A stretch of 64,000 nucleotides of DNA from Chitinophagales bacterium (GCA_043764095.1 JAYUKX010000056.1:74175-138174), one strand, 5' to 3'; positions 9,487-18,731 are shown, counted from the first letter of the stretch. Made by a program: numbers and translations. The notes: generated by a model from the letters alone, not told the origin.

Positions 9487-11469
9487 TTAGTTCCCCAGCA
9501 CAATCCGTTGAGTAACAACTTTTGTCCCGTAATACACTTCCAGCCAGTACGTGCCATTAAGCCCGAACACCTTTTTTTTATCGTTGGGTAAATACGTACG
9601 AATGGGTTGCCCGAGGTTATTCACCAATACGATTTTATCGTAAGTTTGATCTGATTTAATCTCAAAAAAGTCTTTTGCAGGATTAGGGAATACCACAAAC
9701 GAAGCAGATTTCCATACAGCCGAACAAATATTACTGAACGAACTTTTACCATCTGTGTCCAATTGCTTTAGTCGGTAATACCCCGTACCTTCTAAGGGAT
9801 TAACGTCCAAATAGCGGTATTCTTGGTTTGAATTACCTTGCTTTTTTGCGGCGATTGTTGCAATTTTATTAAAAAATATCCCATTTTCGCTACGTTCTAA
9901 TTCAAAACCTTTATTGTCGCGTTCCATAGCAGTAGTCCAATCCAACACGACACCATTATCCGTTGTCCGTGCTTGTAATCCGCTCAAATACTCCACTGGA
10001 AGCAGTACCGTGCGCCCTAAAATAAAATTATCAAAGGTATAAACAGCGCCACTAAAACGCGCTAAGTCCATATTATACAGCAATTGAGGAACTCCAGCAG
10101 GCGCATTAAAAATAAGTGAAAACTCTTGCCAACTGGTGGTTGCCGTAAAATTGCTACTGGCGTAACTGTTATAATTCGTGGGGTGAATAAACGCAACCGA
10201 GAATAGCCGATTCATATCTGCTTTTGCCCAAAAACGTAAGGTATAAGACTGCCCCGCAATAACATCGGCGGTACGGGACAACTGCATATCCCAAGGATTA
10301 GCACCAGCCGCTGTACACGTCACTACTGCGGCTTTTAACCCTTGCTGAACACCTGTGGTCGTAATGGCGACACTACCATTGGCGGTACCACTTTTTCGGA
10401 AAGTCCACTGCTGCAAATCTTGTTCAAAATCGGGGTTGTTCCAAATATTAGGCGATACCGTTACGGCCAATGAACGTGTAACCGTTCCGCATGAATTAGC
10501 AACTGTTGCCGAAACATTTCCACCTGTATTGCCCCAATTCACAGTAATCATATTGGTACCCTGCCCACTTACAATGGTCGCACCTGTGGGTACTGTCCAA
10601 TTAAAGGTAGCCGCGGGAATATTGGCTATTTTGTATGTTTTTCCGGCTGTTCCTGGCTCTACCAATACTGGCCCAAGCACAATAAGGTCTTCCAATTTTT
10701 GGTAAATCCGTACCCAATCTACTTCCATTGTTTGAGGAAATACCGTGGTAGCATTGGGAGCACCGGGCCAATTACCACCTACTGCAATATTTAAAAGGAT
10801 ATGAAAAGGTCGGTCAAATGGCCACGGATTAGCGCCTAACGATGCTTGGGTATTGGTATGATACAGCACATCATCGCAATAATGCCGAATAATACCGGGT
10901 TCCCATTCTACCTTAAAAGTATGGAAATCATCAGCAAAAATACCCGTTGGTAGGTTGTAATTCCCCCCCGATGAAACTAAACCGCCATTATTAGAAGCGT
11001 GATCGGTACCATAAACACGGGCAGGTAGGTTACCGATGAGTTCCATCACATCTATTTCGCCGCTATAAGGCCAACCACCATAATAACTTTCTTCGGGAAG
11101 TGCCCAGAACGCTGGCCAAATTCCTTGGCCAGTAGGTAATTTTATTCTTGCCTCTAATTTACCATACGCAAAGGATATCTTATTTCTGGTCACCATACGC
11201 GCAGAGGTATAATTGCTCCCTGAATAACTTTCCTCCAATGCCTTTATTTTTAAAGACCCATTCGCAACCGCAGCATTTTCGACGCGGCTGGTATAGTATT
11301 GTAATTCGTTGTTGCCCCAGCCGCCAGCACCTATATCGTAGCCCCAATTGGCCGTATTAACTGTAGCACCTGTAAATTCGTCTTCCCATACCAAGTTCCA
11401 GCACTGGGCTGTAAGGGACGATAAGGCCGTGAACGAAGTAAAAAGCAGTGTGATGATGTGTTTATTCAT
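9487..11469 (-). CDS. Secreted GH16 beta-glucanase (laminarinase-like) carrying a PKD-like domain, a CBM4/9-like domain, a pre-CTD module and a T9SS type A C-terminal sorting domain
   Basis: 660 aa with a signal peptide and the GH16 catalytic motif GEIDVMELIG. NPDFEQDLQQW begins the CBM-like domain. The C-terminus reads FPNPAKDFFEIK...YWLEVYYG. Confidence 0.85.
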   Translation of the reverse strand: MNKHIITLLFTSFTALSSLTAQCWNLVWEDEFTGATVNTANWGYDIGAGGWGNNELQYYTSRVENAAVANGSLKIKALEESYSGSNYTSARMVTRNKISFAYGKLEARIKLPTGQGIWPAFWALPEESYYGGWPYSGEIDVMELIGNLPARVYGTDHASNNGGLVSSGGNYNLPTGIFADDFHTFKVEWEPGIIRHYCDDVLYHTNTQASLGANPWPFDRPFHILLNIAVGGNWPGAPNATTVFPQTMEVDWVRIYQKLEDLIVLGPVLVEPGTAGKTYKIANIPAATFNWTVPTGATIVSGQGTNMITVNWGNTGGNVSATVANSCGTVTRSLAVTVSPNIWNNPDFEQDLQQWTFRKSGTANGSVAITTTGVQQGLKAAVVTCTAAGANPWDMQLSRTADVIAGQSYTLRFWAKADMNRLFSVAFIHPTNYNSYASSNFTATTSWQEFSLIFNAPAGVPQLLYNMDLARFSGAVYTFDNFILGRTVLLPVEYLSGLQARTTDNGVVLDWTTAMERDNKGFELERSENGIFFNKIATIAAKKQGNSNQEYRYLDVNPLEGTGYYRLKQLDTDGKSSFSNICSAVWKSASFVVFPNPAKDFFEIKSDQTYDKIVLVNNLGQPIRTYLPNDKKKVFGLNGTYWLEVYYGTKVVTQRIVLGN

Positions 11470-11601
11470 TGTTGTTAGTATTTTTTATGATTTTGACACG
11501 CTTTTGTGAACTAAAAACAAGCGAAGCGTTACTCTACGTTTTTGTGGACTGTTGTGTACTTTTGTGGTAGAAAAAAGTGTACGCCACATTATTATCCCTA
11601 C

Positions 11602-12411
11602 CTATTTCGATCGAGTCCAAGACACCATTGCCGCAGGCGTAAAACCCAAAACAGGATGCCATTCTGAGCCAAAATCGAGGTGAAGGCCGTTTTTTAGCGC
11701 AAAACCTGCACCAAACGACGTTCGAGCGGGGTAACTACGGACACCCAAGCGCAAACGCACCAAAGAAATGGGTCTGTATTCTACCCCCGCTTTTATCTGC
11801 GCAGGCCTCTCCAAATCTTTAGCGATTTCGGTGCTGATTAAAAACAGATCAGACGGCCGCCAAACTCCTCCAATTTTTAAAATATTGGCAATGGTTTCGC
11901 CTGCTACGCGCTGTGGAGCAGGGTTTTGAATCGTAGCACCGATTGTAAAACGCGGCAAAACGCGGGCTGTAATGCCTACTAAAAAGGTCAGTGCTGATCT
12001 ACTGCCGTATTCATCAGCGGATACACGCATACCTTGAATACCGCCGCCTAAAGCAAATTTTTCGCTGAGTTTGCGCCCATAACTCAACTGAGCGCGTTGT
12101 TCGGCATAACCTTCGATACCAGAATGCAGGATATCCAAACTAAAACCGCTGCGTTGTTGTACGCTTTTGATGACTTGAAACCCGTGTGATTGCCATCCGG
12201 AAATGCTATAAGGCACTGCTGAATAGGCAAAAATGCCTATTTGTGGTGCGTATCCCAATTGCGCAGGATTGGTAACACCATTAATAGGTTGCTGCAAACC
12301 CACTGTTGCACTGCCCATTGCTAGGTTGGCGGCATTTTCAAAAGGAGTCATAAATACCTGCGCCTGCAATGGAATAGCGATCAAAAGCAGTAAAAAAGCG
12401 AAATATCTCAT
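11602..12411 (-). CDS. Outer-membrane beta-barrel protein, PorV/PorQ-like (possible T9SS accessory component)
   Basis: 269 aa with a signal peptide (..IPLQAQ), ENAANLAMGSATVG...NPAQLG near the N-terminus, and alternating beta-strand patterns throughout. Its start overlaps the udk stop in an ATGA. Confidence 0.4.
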   Translation of the reverse strand: MRYFAFLLLLIAIPLQAQVFMTPFENAANLAMGSATVGLQQPINGVTNPAQLGYAPQIGIFAYSAVPYSISGWQSHGFQVIKSVQQRSGFSLDILHSGIEGYAEQRAQLSYGRKLSEKFALGGGIQGMRVSADEYGSRSALTFLVGITARVLPRFTIGATIQNPAPQRVAGETIANILKIGGVWRPSDLFLISTEIAKDLERPAQIKAGVEYRPISLVRLRLGVRSYPARTSFGAGFALKNGLHLDFGSEWHPVLGFTPAAMVSWTRSK

Positions 12412-13058
12412 GCTTTTTGTAGTTTAGAAGATATAAATCCAGTAATTACATCCAGTCCCTGCTCAAAGTTGCGGTTATTATTGATCACAATATCTGCATC
12501 TTCTTGGTATGGCTCGATGTATTTTTCAAAAGAAGGGAGCACGTGGTGCTCGTATTTATACAATACATCTTCCAACGGATAATTACGCTCCACGCGGTCG
12601 CGGTAAATGCGCCGGATCACTTTAAGGTTCTCTTTAGCGCTAATAAAAACCTTGAGATTAAACATAGGTGCTATTTTTTTGTAGTGGAATACAAACAGTC
12701 CTTCTACAATAATAATAGGTGCTGATTTAAAAACCAGTGTTTTGGGGGTCGCGTTCTCGTTATTGAACACGTATTCTTGTTTTTCCACTGTTCCGCCGTC
12801 CATTAATAATTGTAAATCTCGTCGGAAAGCCTTTTTGTCAAAGGATTTGGGCAAATCAAAATTTTTTTCGCCCTGTGTATCCTCGTGCTGCTCTTCGCGG
12901 GGCAGGTAATAGTCGTCCATAGAAACGATACAAACCTGGTCGAGCGAAAACTGCTCGCGAATACGGCGAATAAAAGTAGATTTACCGGAACCGCTGCCGC
13001 CAGTAATGCCAATTAAGAAAGGTTGGTTTTTATGATGTTCTGATTTCGTGTCTTGCAT
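12408..13058 (-). CDS. udk: Uridine kinase
   Basis: 216 aa with P-loop IGITGGSGSGKSTF, followed by DDYY and VEGLF motifs typical of Udk. Confidence 0.9.
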   Translation of the reverse strand: MQDTKSEHHKNQPFLIGITGGSGSGKSTFIRRIREQFSLDQVCIVSMDDYYLPREEQHEDTQGEKNFDLPKSFDKKAFRRDLQLLMDGGTVEKQEYVFNNENATPKTLVFKSAPIIIVEGLFVFHYKKIAPMFNLKVFISAKENLKVIRRIYRDRVERNYPLEDVLYKYEHHVLPSFEKYIEPYQEDADIVINNNRNFEQGLDVITGFISSKLQKA

Positions 13059-13083
13059 TTCAATATTTTAATAAATAACGGAG

Positions 13084-13091
13084 CAAATCTA
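13084..13091 (-). promoter_or_regulatory. Bacteroidota -7 promoter box (TAGATTTG on the minus strand) for udk
   Basis: CAAATCTA on the plus strand matches TAnnTTTG on the minus strand, 26 nt upstream of the udk ATG. Confidence 0.4.
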
Positions 13092-13166
13092 CGTCAAGAA
13101 AAGAGAAATCTATTGGTCGCACATTATTTTCTTGTTGTTGATGGTTGTCTTTAAAACATCTTCGCG

Positions 13167-13174
13167 TACTTTTG
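13167..13174 (+). promoter_or_regulatory. Bacteroidota -7 promoter box (TACTTTTG) for the nucleoside transporter gene
   Basis: Exact TAnnTTTG match 33 nt upstream of the ATG at 13207, divergent from the udk promoter. Confidence 0.45.
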
Positions 13175-13206
13175 GCCGCGAATAATCACTTTTATTTTAT
13201 TTATTT

Positions 13207-14448
13207 ATGGATCGTTTGATTGGATTGCTGGGTATTGCTATCATTTTAGGTATTGCATTTTTATTGTCGAATAACCGTAAAGCCATCAATTATCGTACTG
13301 TTGGTATGGGTTTGGCTATTCAGGCGGCATTGGCTGTCTTTATTTTAAAAACGCCCCTTGGAAGGGATATTTTTGGGTGGTTGGGTGCCAAGATCACCAA
13401 AGTTTTGAGTTTTTCTGATGAAGGTGCCAAATTCGTTTTTGGCGTTTTGGCCGATGATGCCAAGATGGGGGCTGTATTCCCCAATGCCGGATTTATATTT
13501 TTTATGCGGATTATACCGACCATCATTTTTGTGGCTTGTTTGGTCAATATTTTTTATTATTTCGGTATCATGCAAAAGATTGTGGAAGTGCTGGCGCGCG
13601 GCCTCAATTATATCATGAAAGTAAGCGGCGCAGAAGCATTGAGCAATATATCCAGCGCATTTGTAGGGCAGGTAGAGGCACAAATTATGATTAAACCGTA
13701 CCTCAAAGGTATGACAACCTCCGAGTTAATGTCGTCTATGACGGGTAGTTTTGCCTGTATCGCAGGTGGTGTAATGGCTACTTATATCATGTTTGGCGTT
13801 CCTGCTGCATACTTGATAGCAGCTTCTATTATGGCTGCACCGGGCGCATTAGCCATTGCAAAAATCATGCACCCCGAAACAGGCGAGCCTGAAACACAGG
13901 GTAAGGTAAAACTGGAAAGCAAAAAGGAATTTTCTAATTTAGTAGATGCTATTTCGGCGGGCTGCTCCGATGGTTTGAAAGTGGGCTTAAATGTGGCTGC
14001 TATGTTGATCGGTTTTTTGGCTTTAATTGCATTGATTAACTATATTTTAGGACATATTGGTGGCTTGGCAGGGTATCCAGCATTGAGTTTAAATACGATT
14101 TTAGGCGGCGCATTTGCTGGTTTGGCTTGGTGTATGGGTGTTCCGGGCAACGAAACCATGACTGCAGGTGCTTTAATGGGGACCAAGTTGGTGGCCAATG
14201 AATTTGTGGCTTACCTACAATTGAAAGATATTATGGCAGCGGGTACATTATCGCCTAAAACAATTGCCATCGTGAGTTTTGCACTCTGTGGTTTTGCCAA
14301 TTTTGGTTCGGTAGGTATTCAAATAGGCGGTATTAGCGCATTGGAACCCAGTAGAAGGGCCGATTTGGCCAAACTCGCATTTAGGGCTTTGATCGCTGGT
14401 ACATTAGCATCGTATTTGTCGGCCACGCTGGCCGGGATGCTGGTATAA
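13207..14448 (+). CDS. nupC: NupC-family concentrative nucleoside transporter
   Basis: 413-aa polytopic protein. The layout is CNT-family: an N-terminal LGIAIILGIAFLLS segment, then VSGAEALSNISSAFVGQVEAQIMIKPY. Confidence 0.88.
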   Translation: MDRLIGLLGIAIILGIAFLLSNNRKAINYRTVGMGLAIQAALAVFILKTPLGRDIFGWLGAKITKVLSFSDEGAKFVFGVLADDAKMGAVFPNAGFIFFMRIIPTIIFVACLVNIFYYFGIMQKIVEVLARGLNYIMKVSGAEALSNISSAFVGQVEAQIMIKPYLKGMTTSELMSSMTGSFACIAGGVMATYIMFGVPAAYLIAASIMAAPGALAIAKIMHPETGEPETQGKVKLESKKEFSNLVDAISAGCSDGLKVGLNVAAMLIGFLALIALINYILGHIGGLAGYPALSLNTILGGAFAGLAWCMGVPGNETMTAGALMGTKLVANEFVAYLQLKDIMAAGTLSPKTIAIVSFALCGFANFGSVGIQIGGISALEPSRRADLAKLAFRALIAGTLASYLSATLAGMLV

Positions 14449-14453
14449 AACCT

Positions 14454-15491
14454 CTAAATCCCTAATATTGCCCAAACGGGATAATGATCCGACCATTTCA
14501 AATCATGCACTACCTTGCTATCGTGTACGGGAAAACTAGGATCGGATAGGATATAATCAATGCGCAGTAAGGGCAATGTACCGGCAAAGGTTGTTCCAAG
14601 GCCAAATCCGCGGGCTTCAAAGGTATCGGTTAACCCGTCTGCTATATGGTGATACACGTAAGAATTGGGGGTATCGTTAAAATCGCCGCATATTACGACG
14701 GGATATGGGCAATCCAAAATATGTTGCCTCAAGCGTTGTGCCTGCTCCGATCGGCGCGATGTAGCACCGCCCACTTTGTTCATTACTTTGCTCAAGCCCT
14801 CCCATGATTGGTCATCTTGAATCACTTTTTCGGCATCTTTGGTGACGCGGTTCGATTGTAGATGTACATTGTATATCCGTACAATGCGCTGATCGGGTAA
14901 TTCAATATCAGCCCACAACGTAGAATTATAGGTTTTGCCAAAAGGAATATCTCCACCCGCCTTGATAGGGTATTTACTCATAATCACCGTGCCTTTTTTT
15001 AGGTTAAAACGCTGATCGTAACCTAAATAATTACCCAACAAAGGATAAAAACTACCACGGGTTTCTTGGGTGCAAAGTATATCAGGCTTGCCATTTTTAT
15101 TTAGAAAATTGGCATAAGCAGCGGCAAGGCTGTCTGTTTGTGCGGGTGTGGCTTTGGAATTGTAAAACATCAAACCGAGGTTGTGCGTTACAATAGTGAT
15201 GCTTTTTTCGGGTAAATAGGGTTTGCCCAATTGCAAACCCACAAATTTGGTGCAATAAGACCAACCCAAGGCGATGATGATCAAATGATAGATACCAAAA
15301 CGGTTCATCCGCCCCAGCCAAAATAGCATTAATACCACATTGAACAGCAGCCACCACGGAAACGCAGTACCAAAAAAAGATAACCACGGAAACGTACCCG
15401 GATTGACATAAGGCGATATATAGGATAAAGCCGTCATTAAAATGACCAGCGTACTGATGGTTTTAAAAGTGTTTTTAAAAAGAGAGCGCAT
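14454..15491 (-). CDS. Membrane-anchored endonuclease/exonuclease/phosphatase (EEP) family protein
   Basis: 345 aa with four N-terminal TM helices, then an EEP fold with VVICGDFNDTPNS and a C-terminal SDHYPVWA. Confidence 0.8.
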   Translation of the reverse strand: MRSLFKNTFKTISTLVILMTALSYISPYVNPGTFPWLSFFGTAFPWWLLFNVVLMLFWLGRMNRFGIYHLIIIALGWSYCTKFVGLQLGKPYLPEKSITIVTHNLGLMFYNSKATPAQTDSLAAAYANFLNKNGKPDILCTQETRGSFYPLLGNYLGYDQRFNLKKGTVIMSKYPIKAGGDIPFGKTYNSTLWADIELPDQRIVRIYNVHLQSNRVTKDAEKVIQDDQSWEGLSKVMNKVGGATSRRSEQAQRLRQHILDCPYPVVICGDFNDTPNSYVYHHIADGLTDTFEARGFGLGTTFAGTLPLLRIDYILSDPSFPVHDSKVVHDLKWSDHYPVWAILGI

Positions 15492-15663
15492 AGGGATTAA
15501 GTGGATTATTGTGGTTTATTCGTGCCGTTTGTTGACTCCGATATTTCCGAAATGAAACGCATTCATTGTGATTTTTCCCCAAAATTACGTCAAATACTTT
15601 GGCCACCAATACAACTCAATGGAATAAATTTTCACCTTTGTTAATAATTACTTACGAACAACT

Positions 15664-16932
15664 ATGAGATATATACTTTCTTTGCTAATTTTTGCTTGCT
15701 TCGCTCACCCTATTTGGGCTCAAGAAGATACAAGTGAGCGTATTTTGGACGATAATATTAGATCTGTACAGCTCAATGCTGGCTCGGTTACTCCCGTCGT
15801 TGATTTAAAAAACGGACGAATTAATCTTACATTCGATTATGTTTCTGACGAAATAATGGACTTTGTTTATACCATTGTACATTGCAATAGCGATTGGTCG
15901 CCTTCAGAATTGGGAGACAATGAGTACATCAATGGGTTTACGGAGGATCGAATTACCAATATTACCAATTCGATTAATACCTTAGTGGCTTACAATTATT
16001 ACCAAATGACGCTGCCCAATTCAAATATGAAATGGGCACGCTCAGGCAACTATATCTTAAAAATATTTGACGACAACGACGACCACCGTTTGGTATTGGT
16101 ACGTCGTTTTATGGTTTCGGAGAATAGATGGAAAGTAGCCGCCAAATTATCGCCGGTCATTAATTCCTCCAAGATTTTTACGCACCAAGAAATAGATTTT
16201 CAGGTGGTGCACGAGGGAACAATCATTAGTAATCCTGAAAGAGAAGTAAAGGCATTTGTTATTCAAAATATGCGTTGGGATCGTATGATGGGGCCTATTG
16301 CGCCACGCCCTTTTATTGCAAATAGAAGTAGTTTGAATTTCGATTTTCAAGATTCGATTGTATTTCCATCAGGTAAAGAGTTTCGCTATTTTGACATACG
16401 AACTTTTGATTTCAAGGGGAATAACATCCTTAAAATTCAACGAAACCCCGATACTTACCAAGTTTTTCTACAACCCGAACACGACCGTTCGGAGAGTCAT
16501 AGTTATGGTTTAACAGGCGATATGAATGGCCGATTCTCCATCGAAAACCGCAGTCAAGGGCAATCATTCATGCAATGCGAATACGCCAATATCATGTTTA
16601 TCCTCAGCCGTAACGCTGCATTTGAAGACAAGGAAGTTTATGTGGTGGGAGGTATGACGGATTGGCAATTGAAACCCGAATTCAAGATGCAATACGATGC
16701 GCCATCTAAGTCGTATTTTTGTAATCCACTCTTGAAACAAGGTTTTTATAACTACGAATTTCAGGTGGTAGATGATAATAATTTCCGTATTTCCAAGGAA
16801 GATGACATAGAGGGTAATTGGCACGAAACAGAGAATCTTTATAATATTTTAGTCTATTATCGGCCATTTGGAGAGCGTTATGATCGTTTGATGAGTAGCG
16901 GCGGCACCACCTCTGGGCCCAATAACAAGTAA
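15664..16932 (+). CDS. DUF5103 / T9SS plug-protein-family protein
   Basis: 422 aa with a signal peptide. IRSVQLNAG...INLTFDYVSDEIMDFVYTIVHCNSDWSPSEL matches my memory of the DUF5103 (T9SS_plug_1st) N-terminal domain. No search was run. Confidence 0.5.
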   Translation: MRYILSLLIFACFAHPIWAQEDTSERILDDNIRSVQLNAGSVTPVVDLKNGRINLTFDYVSDEIMDFVYTIVHCNSDWSPSELGDNEYINGFTEDRITNITNSINTLVAYNYYQMTLPNSNMKWARSGNYILKIFDDNDDHRLVLVRRFMVSENRWKVAAKLSPVINSSKIFTHQEIDFQVVHEGTIISNPEREVKAFVIQNMRWDRMMGPIAPRPFIANRSSLNFDFQDSIVFPSGKEFRYFDIRTFDFKGNNILKIQRNPDTYQVFLQPEHDRSESHSYGLTGDMNGRFSIENRSQGQSFMQCEYANIMFILSRNAAFEDKEVYVVGGMTDWQLKPEFKMQYDAPSKSYFCNPLLKQGFYNYEFQVVDDNNFRISKEDDIEGNWHETENLYNILVYYRPFGERYDRLMSSGGTTSGPNNK

Positions 16933-16953
16933 TAGACATTTGAGATAAAGTAT

Positions 16954-16961
16954 TACCTTTG
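16954..16961 (+). promoter_or_regulatory. -7 promoter box TACCTTTG placed 4 nt before the ATG (leaderless geometry)
   Basis: The sequence reads TACCTTTG-CCTT-ATG. Confidence 0.45.
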
Positions 16962-16965
16962 CCTT

Positions 16966-17694
16966 ATGGATATTCATTTACACCACGATCACAACAACAA
17001 CGACCACCACAACGAAGAGCACTTAGAGAACTCGGACTTTATTACGGATATTGTAATAGGTATGTCTGATGGGCTTACGGTGCCTTTTGCCTTGGCTGCG
17101 GGTTTGTCGGGCGCAGTAGCCAGCAATGCTATTGTAACCACAGCCGGATTGGCCGAAATTATTGCAGGTAGCATTGCGATGGGCTTGGGTGGATATTTGG
17201 CTGGCCGTACCGAACTGGATCATTACCAGGCGGAGTTGCGGCGCGAGGAGGAAGAAGTGGAACGCGTTCCAGAGCGCGAAAAACAAGAAGTCCGCGATGT
17301 ATTTGCGGCTTATGGCCTAAGCAAGCACTTACAAGATGAAATTGCGAATGAACTAGCGAAGGACAAAAAGCAATGGGTCTCCTTTATGATGCGTTACGAG
17401 TTGGGTCTTAGCGAACCTAATCCGCGCCGCGCCACACAGAGTGCTTTAACGATCGGTATTTCTTATATAATTGGTGGTATTATCCCATTATTACCCTATT
17501 TTTTCACCAATACACCAACAGAAGGGCTTTACTACTCCGCTATTATTACCCTGGTCTGTCTCTTTGTTTTTGGCTGGTTCAAAAGCAAGATGACTGGTCA
17601 ACCACCGTTCTCAGGAGCACTCAAGGTAATGGTTATCGGTGCTTTGGCAGCAGGCGCAGCGTTTGCTATTGCACAAGCCATTGGTCATGGCTAA
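16966..17694 (+). CDS. VIT1/CCC1-family iron/manganese transporter with a His-rich N-terminal tail
   Basis: 242 aa with the VIT motif GMSDGLTVPFALAAGLSGA. The N-terminus reads MDIHLHHDHNNNDHHNEEH. Confidence 0.85.
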   Translation: MDIHLHHDHNNNDHHNEEHLENSDFITDIVIGMSDGLTVPFALAAGLSGAVASNAIVTTAGLAEIIAGSIAMGLGGYLAGRTELDHYQAELRREEEEVERVPEREKQEVRDVFAAYGLSKHLQDEIANELAKDKKQWVSFMMRYELGLSEPNPRRATQSALTIGISYIIGGIIPLLPYFFTNTPTEGLYYSAIITLVCLFVFGWFKSKMTGQPPFSGALKVMVIGALAAGAAFAIAQAIGHG

Positions 17695-17707
17695 ATTTTC
17701 GTAAAAA

Positions 17708-17876
17708 CTTAGCCGCTCGCATTTCGGCCAAAAAAGGTCAAATTTTGCCCAGCCTACTTCGGCAGGCTCAGCATAAAATCGCCGTTTTTTTCGTCCGATG
17801 CGCTGCATCGAACTCAAAAAAGCGGCTTGTCTGACCAAAATTTGCCTGCTTTTTTGATCCGAAACCGCTGGCTAAG
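17708..17876. repeat. MITE-like palindromic intergenic element, long form (169 bp)
   Basis: The imperfect terminal inverted repeats are CTTAGCCGCTCGCATTTCGGCCAAAAAAG and CTTTTTTGATCCGAAACCGCTGGCTAAG. There are internal hairpins. A short derivative lies at 19267-19324. Confidence 0.6.
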
Positions 17877-17901
17877 TATTTACAAATTTTCAATATAAAA
17901 A

Positions 17902-18699
17902 ATGGATTTTAAACATAAAAGAGTTTGGATTACAGGTGCATCTTCAGGAATTGGGGAAGCATTGAGCAAAGCATTTGCTGAGCAGGGCGCGCATTTGATT
18001 ATTTCTGCTCGAAATGAACGCGAATTACAACGCGTGGCTGCCGATTGTGCTGCCGCAGGAGCCGCTTCTGTATTGGTGCAACCGCTGGATTTGGGCGATC
18101 ACGCAAGTATTCCCGCCATTGCCCAAAGTGTATTACAACAAGTAGGCAAATTGGATATCTTGATCAATAACGGCGGTGTATCACAGCGTTCGCTCGCCAA
18201 AGATACGGGTATTGAGGTGGATTTGCGGATTATGAACATCAATTATATCGGCACAGTAGCACTTACTAAGGCTGTATTGCCGTCTATGTTACTGCACCAA
18301 TTGGGGCATTTTGTGACTATTACAAGCCTTACGGGCAAGTTTGGTTCGCCGCTGCGCAGTACTTATGCCGCATCAAAGCACGCATTACACGGTTTTTTTG
18401 ATAGCCTACGTGCTGAATTGGTGGATACACCTATTAAAGTTACCTTGGTTTGTCCTGGATATGTGCGGACTAATATCAGCGTAAATGCCCTCACCGGTAG
18501 CGGCCAACAACAGGGCTCAATGGATGAGGCAACCAACAATGGACTTTTGCCCGAAGTAGTGGCGCAGCGTATCCTTACCGCCATCGAACGCGGGAAAGAA
18601 GAAGTGTATTTTGGTGGCAAGGAAATACTAGGCGTGTATTTAAAGCGTTTTTTCCCAAGGTATTTCTCGCGACTCATTGCGCGTACCAAAGTTGTTTAG
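17902..18699 (+). CDS. Short-chain dehydrogenase/reductase (SDR) family oxidoreductase
   Basis: 265 aa with ITGASSGIGEA (TGxxxGxG), NNGG and YAASKHAL (the YxxxK catalytic motif). Confidence 0.9.
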   Translation: MDFKHKRVWITGASSGIGEALSKAFAEQGAHLIISARNERELQRVAADCAAAGAASVLVQPLDLGDHASIPAIAQSVLQQVGKLDILINNGGVSQRSLAKDTGIEVDLRIMNINYIGTVALTKAVLPSMLLHQLGHFVTITSLTGKFGSPLRSTYAASKHALHGFFDSLRAELVDTPIKVTLVCPGYVRTNISVNALTGSGQQQGSMDEATNNGLLPEVVAQRILTAIERGKEEVYFGGKEILGVYLKRFFPRYFSRLIARTKVV

Positions 18700-18731
18700 G
18701 TTTTCAATTATAAATTAACCATTTAACCACC

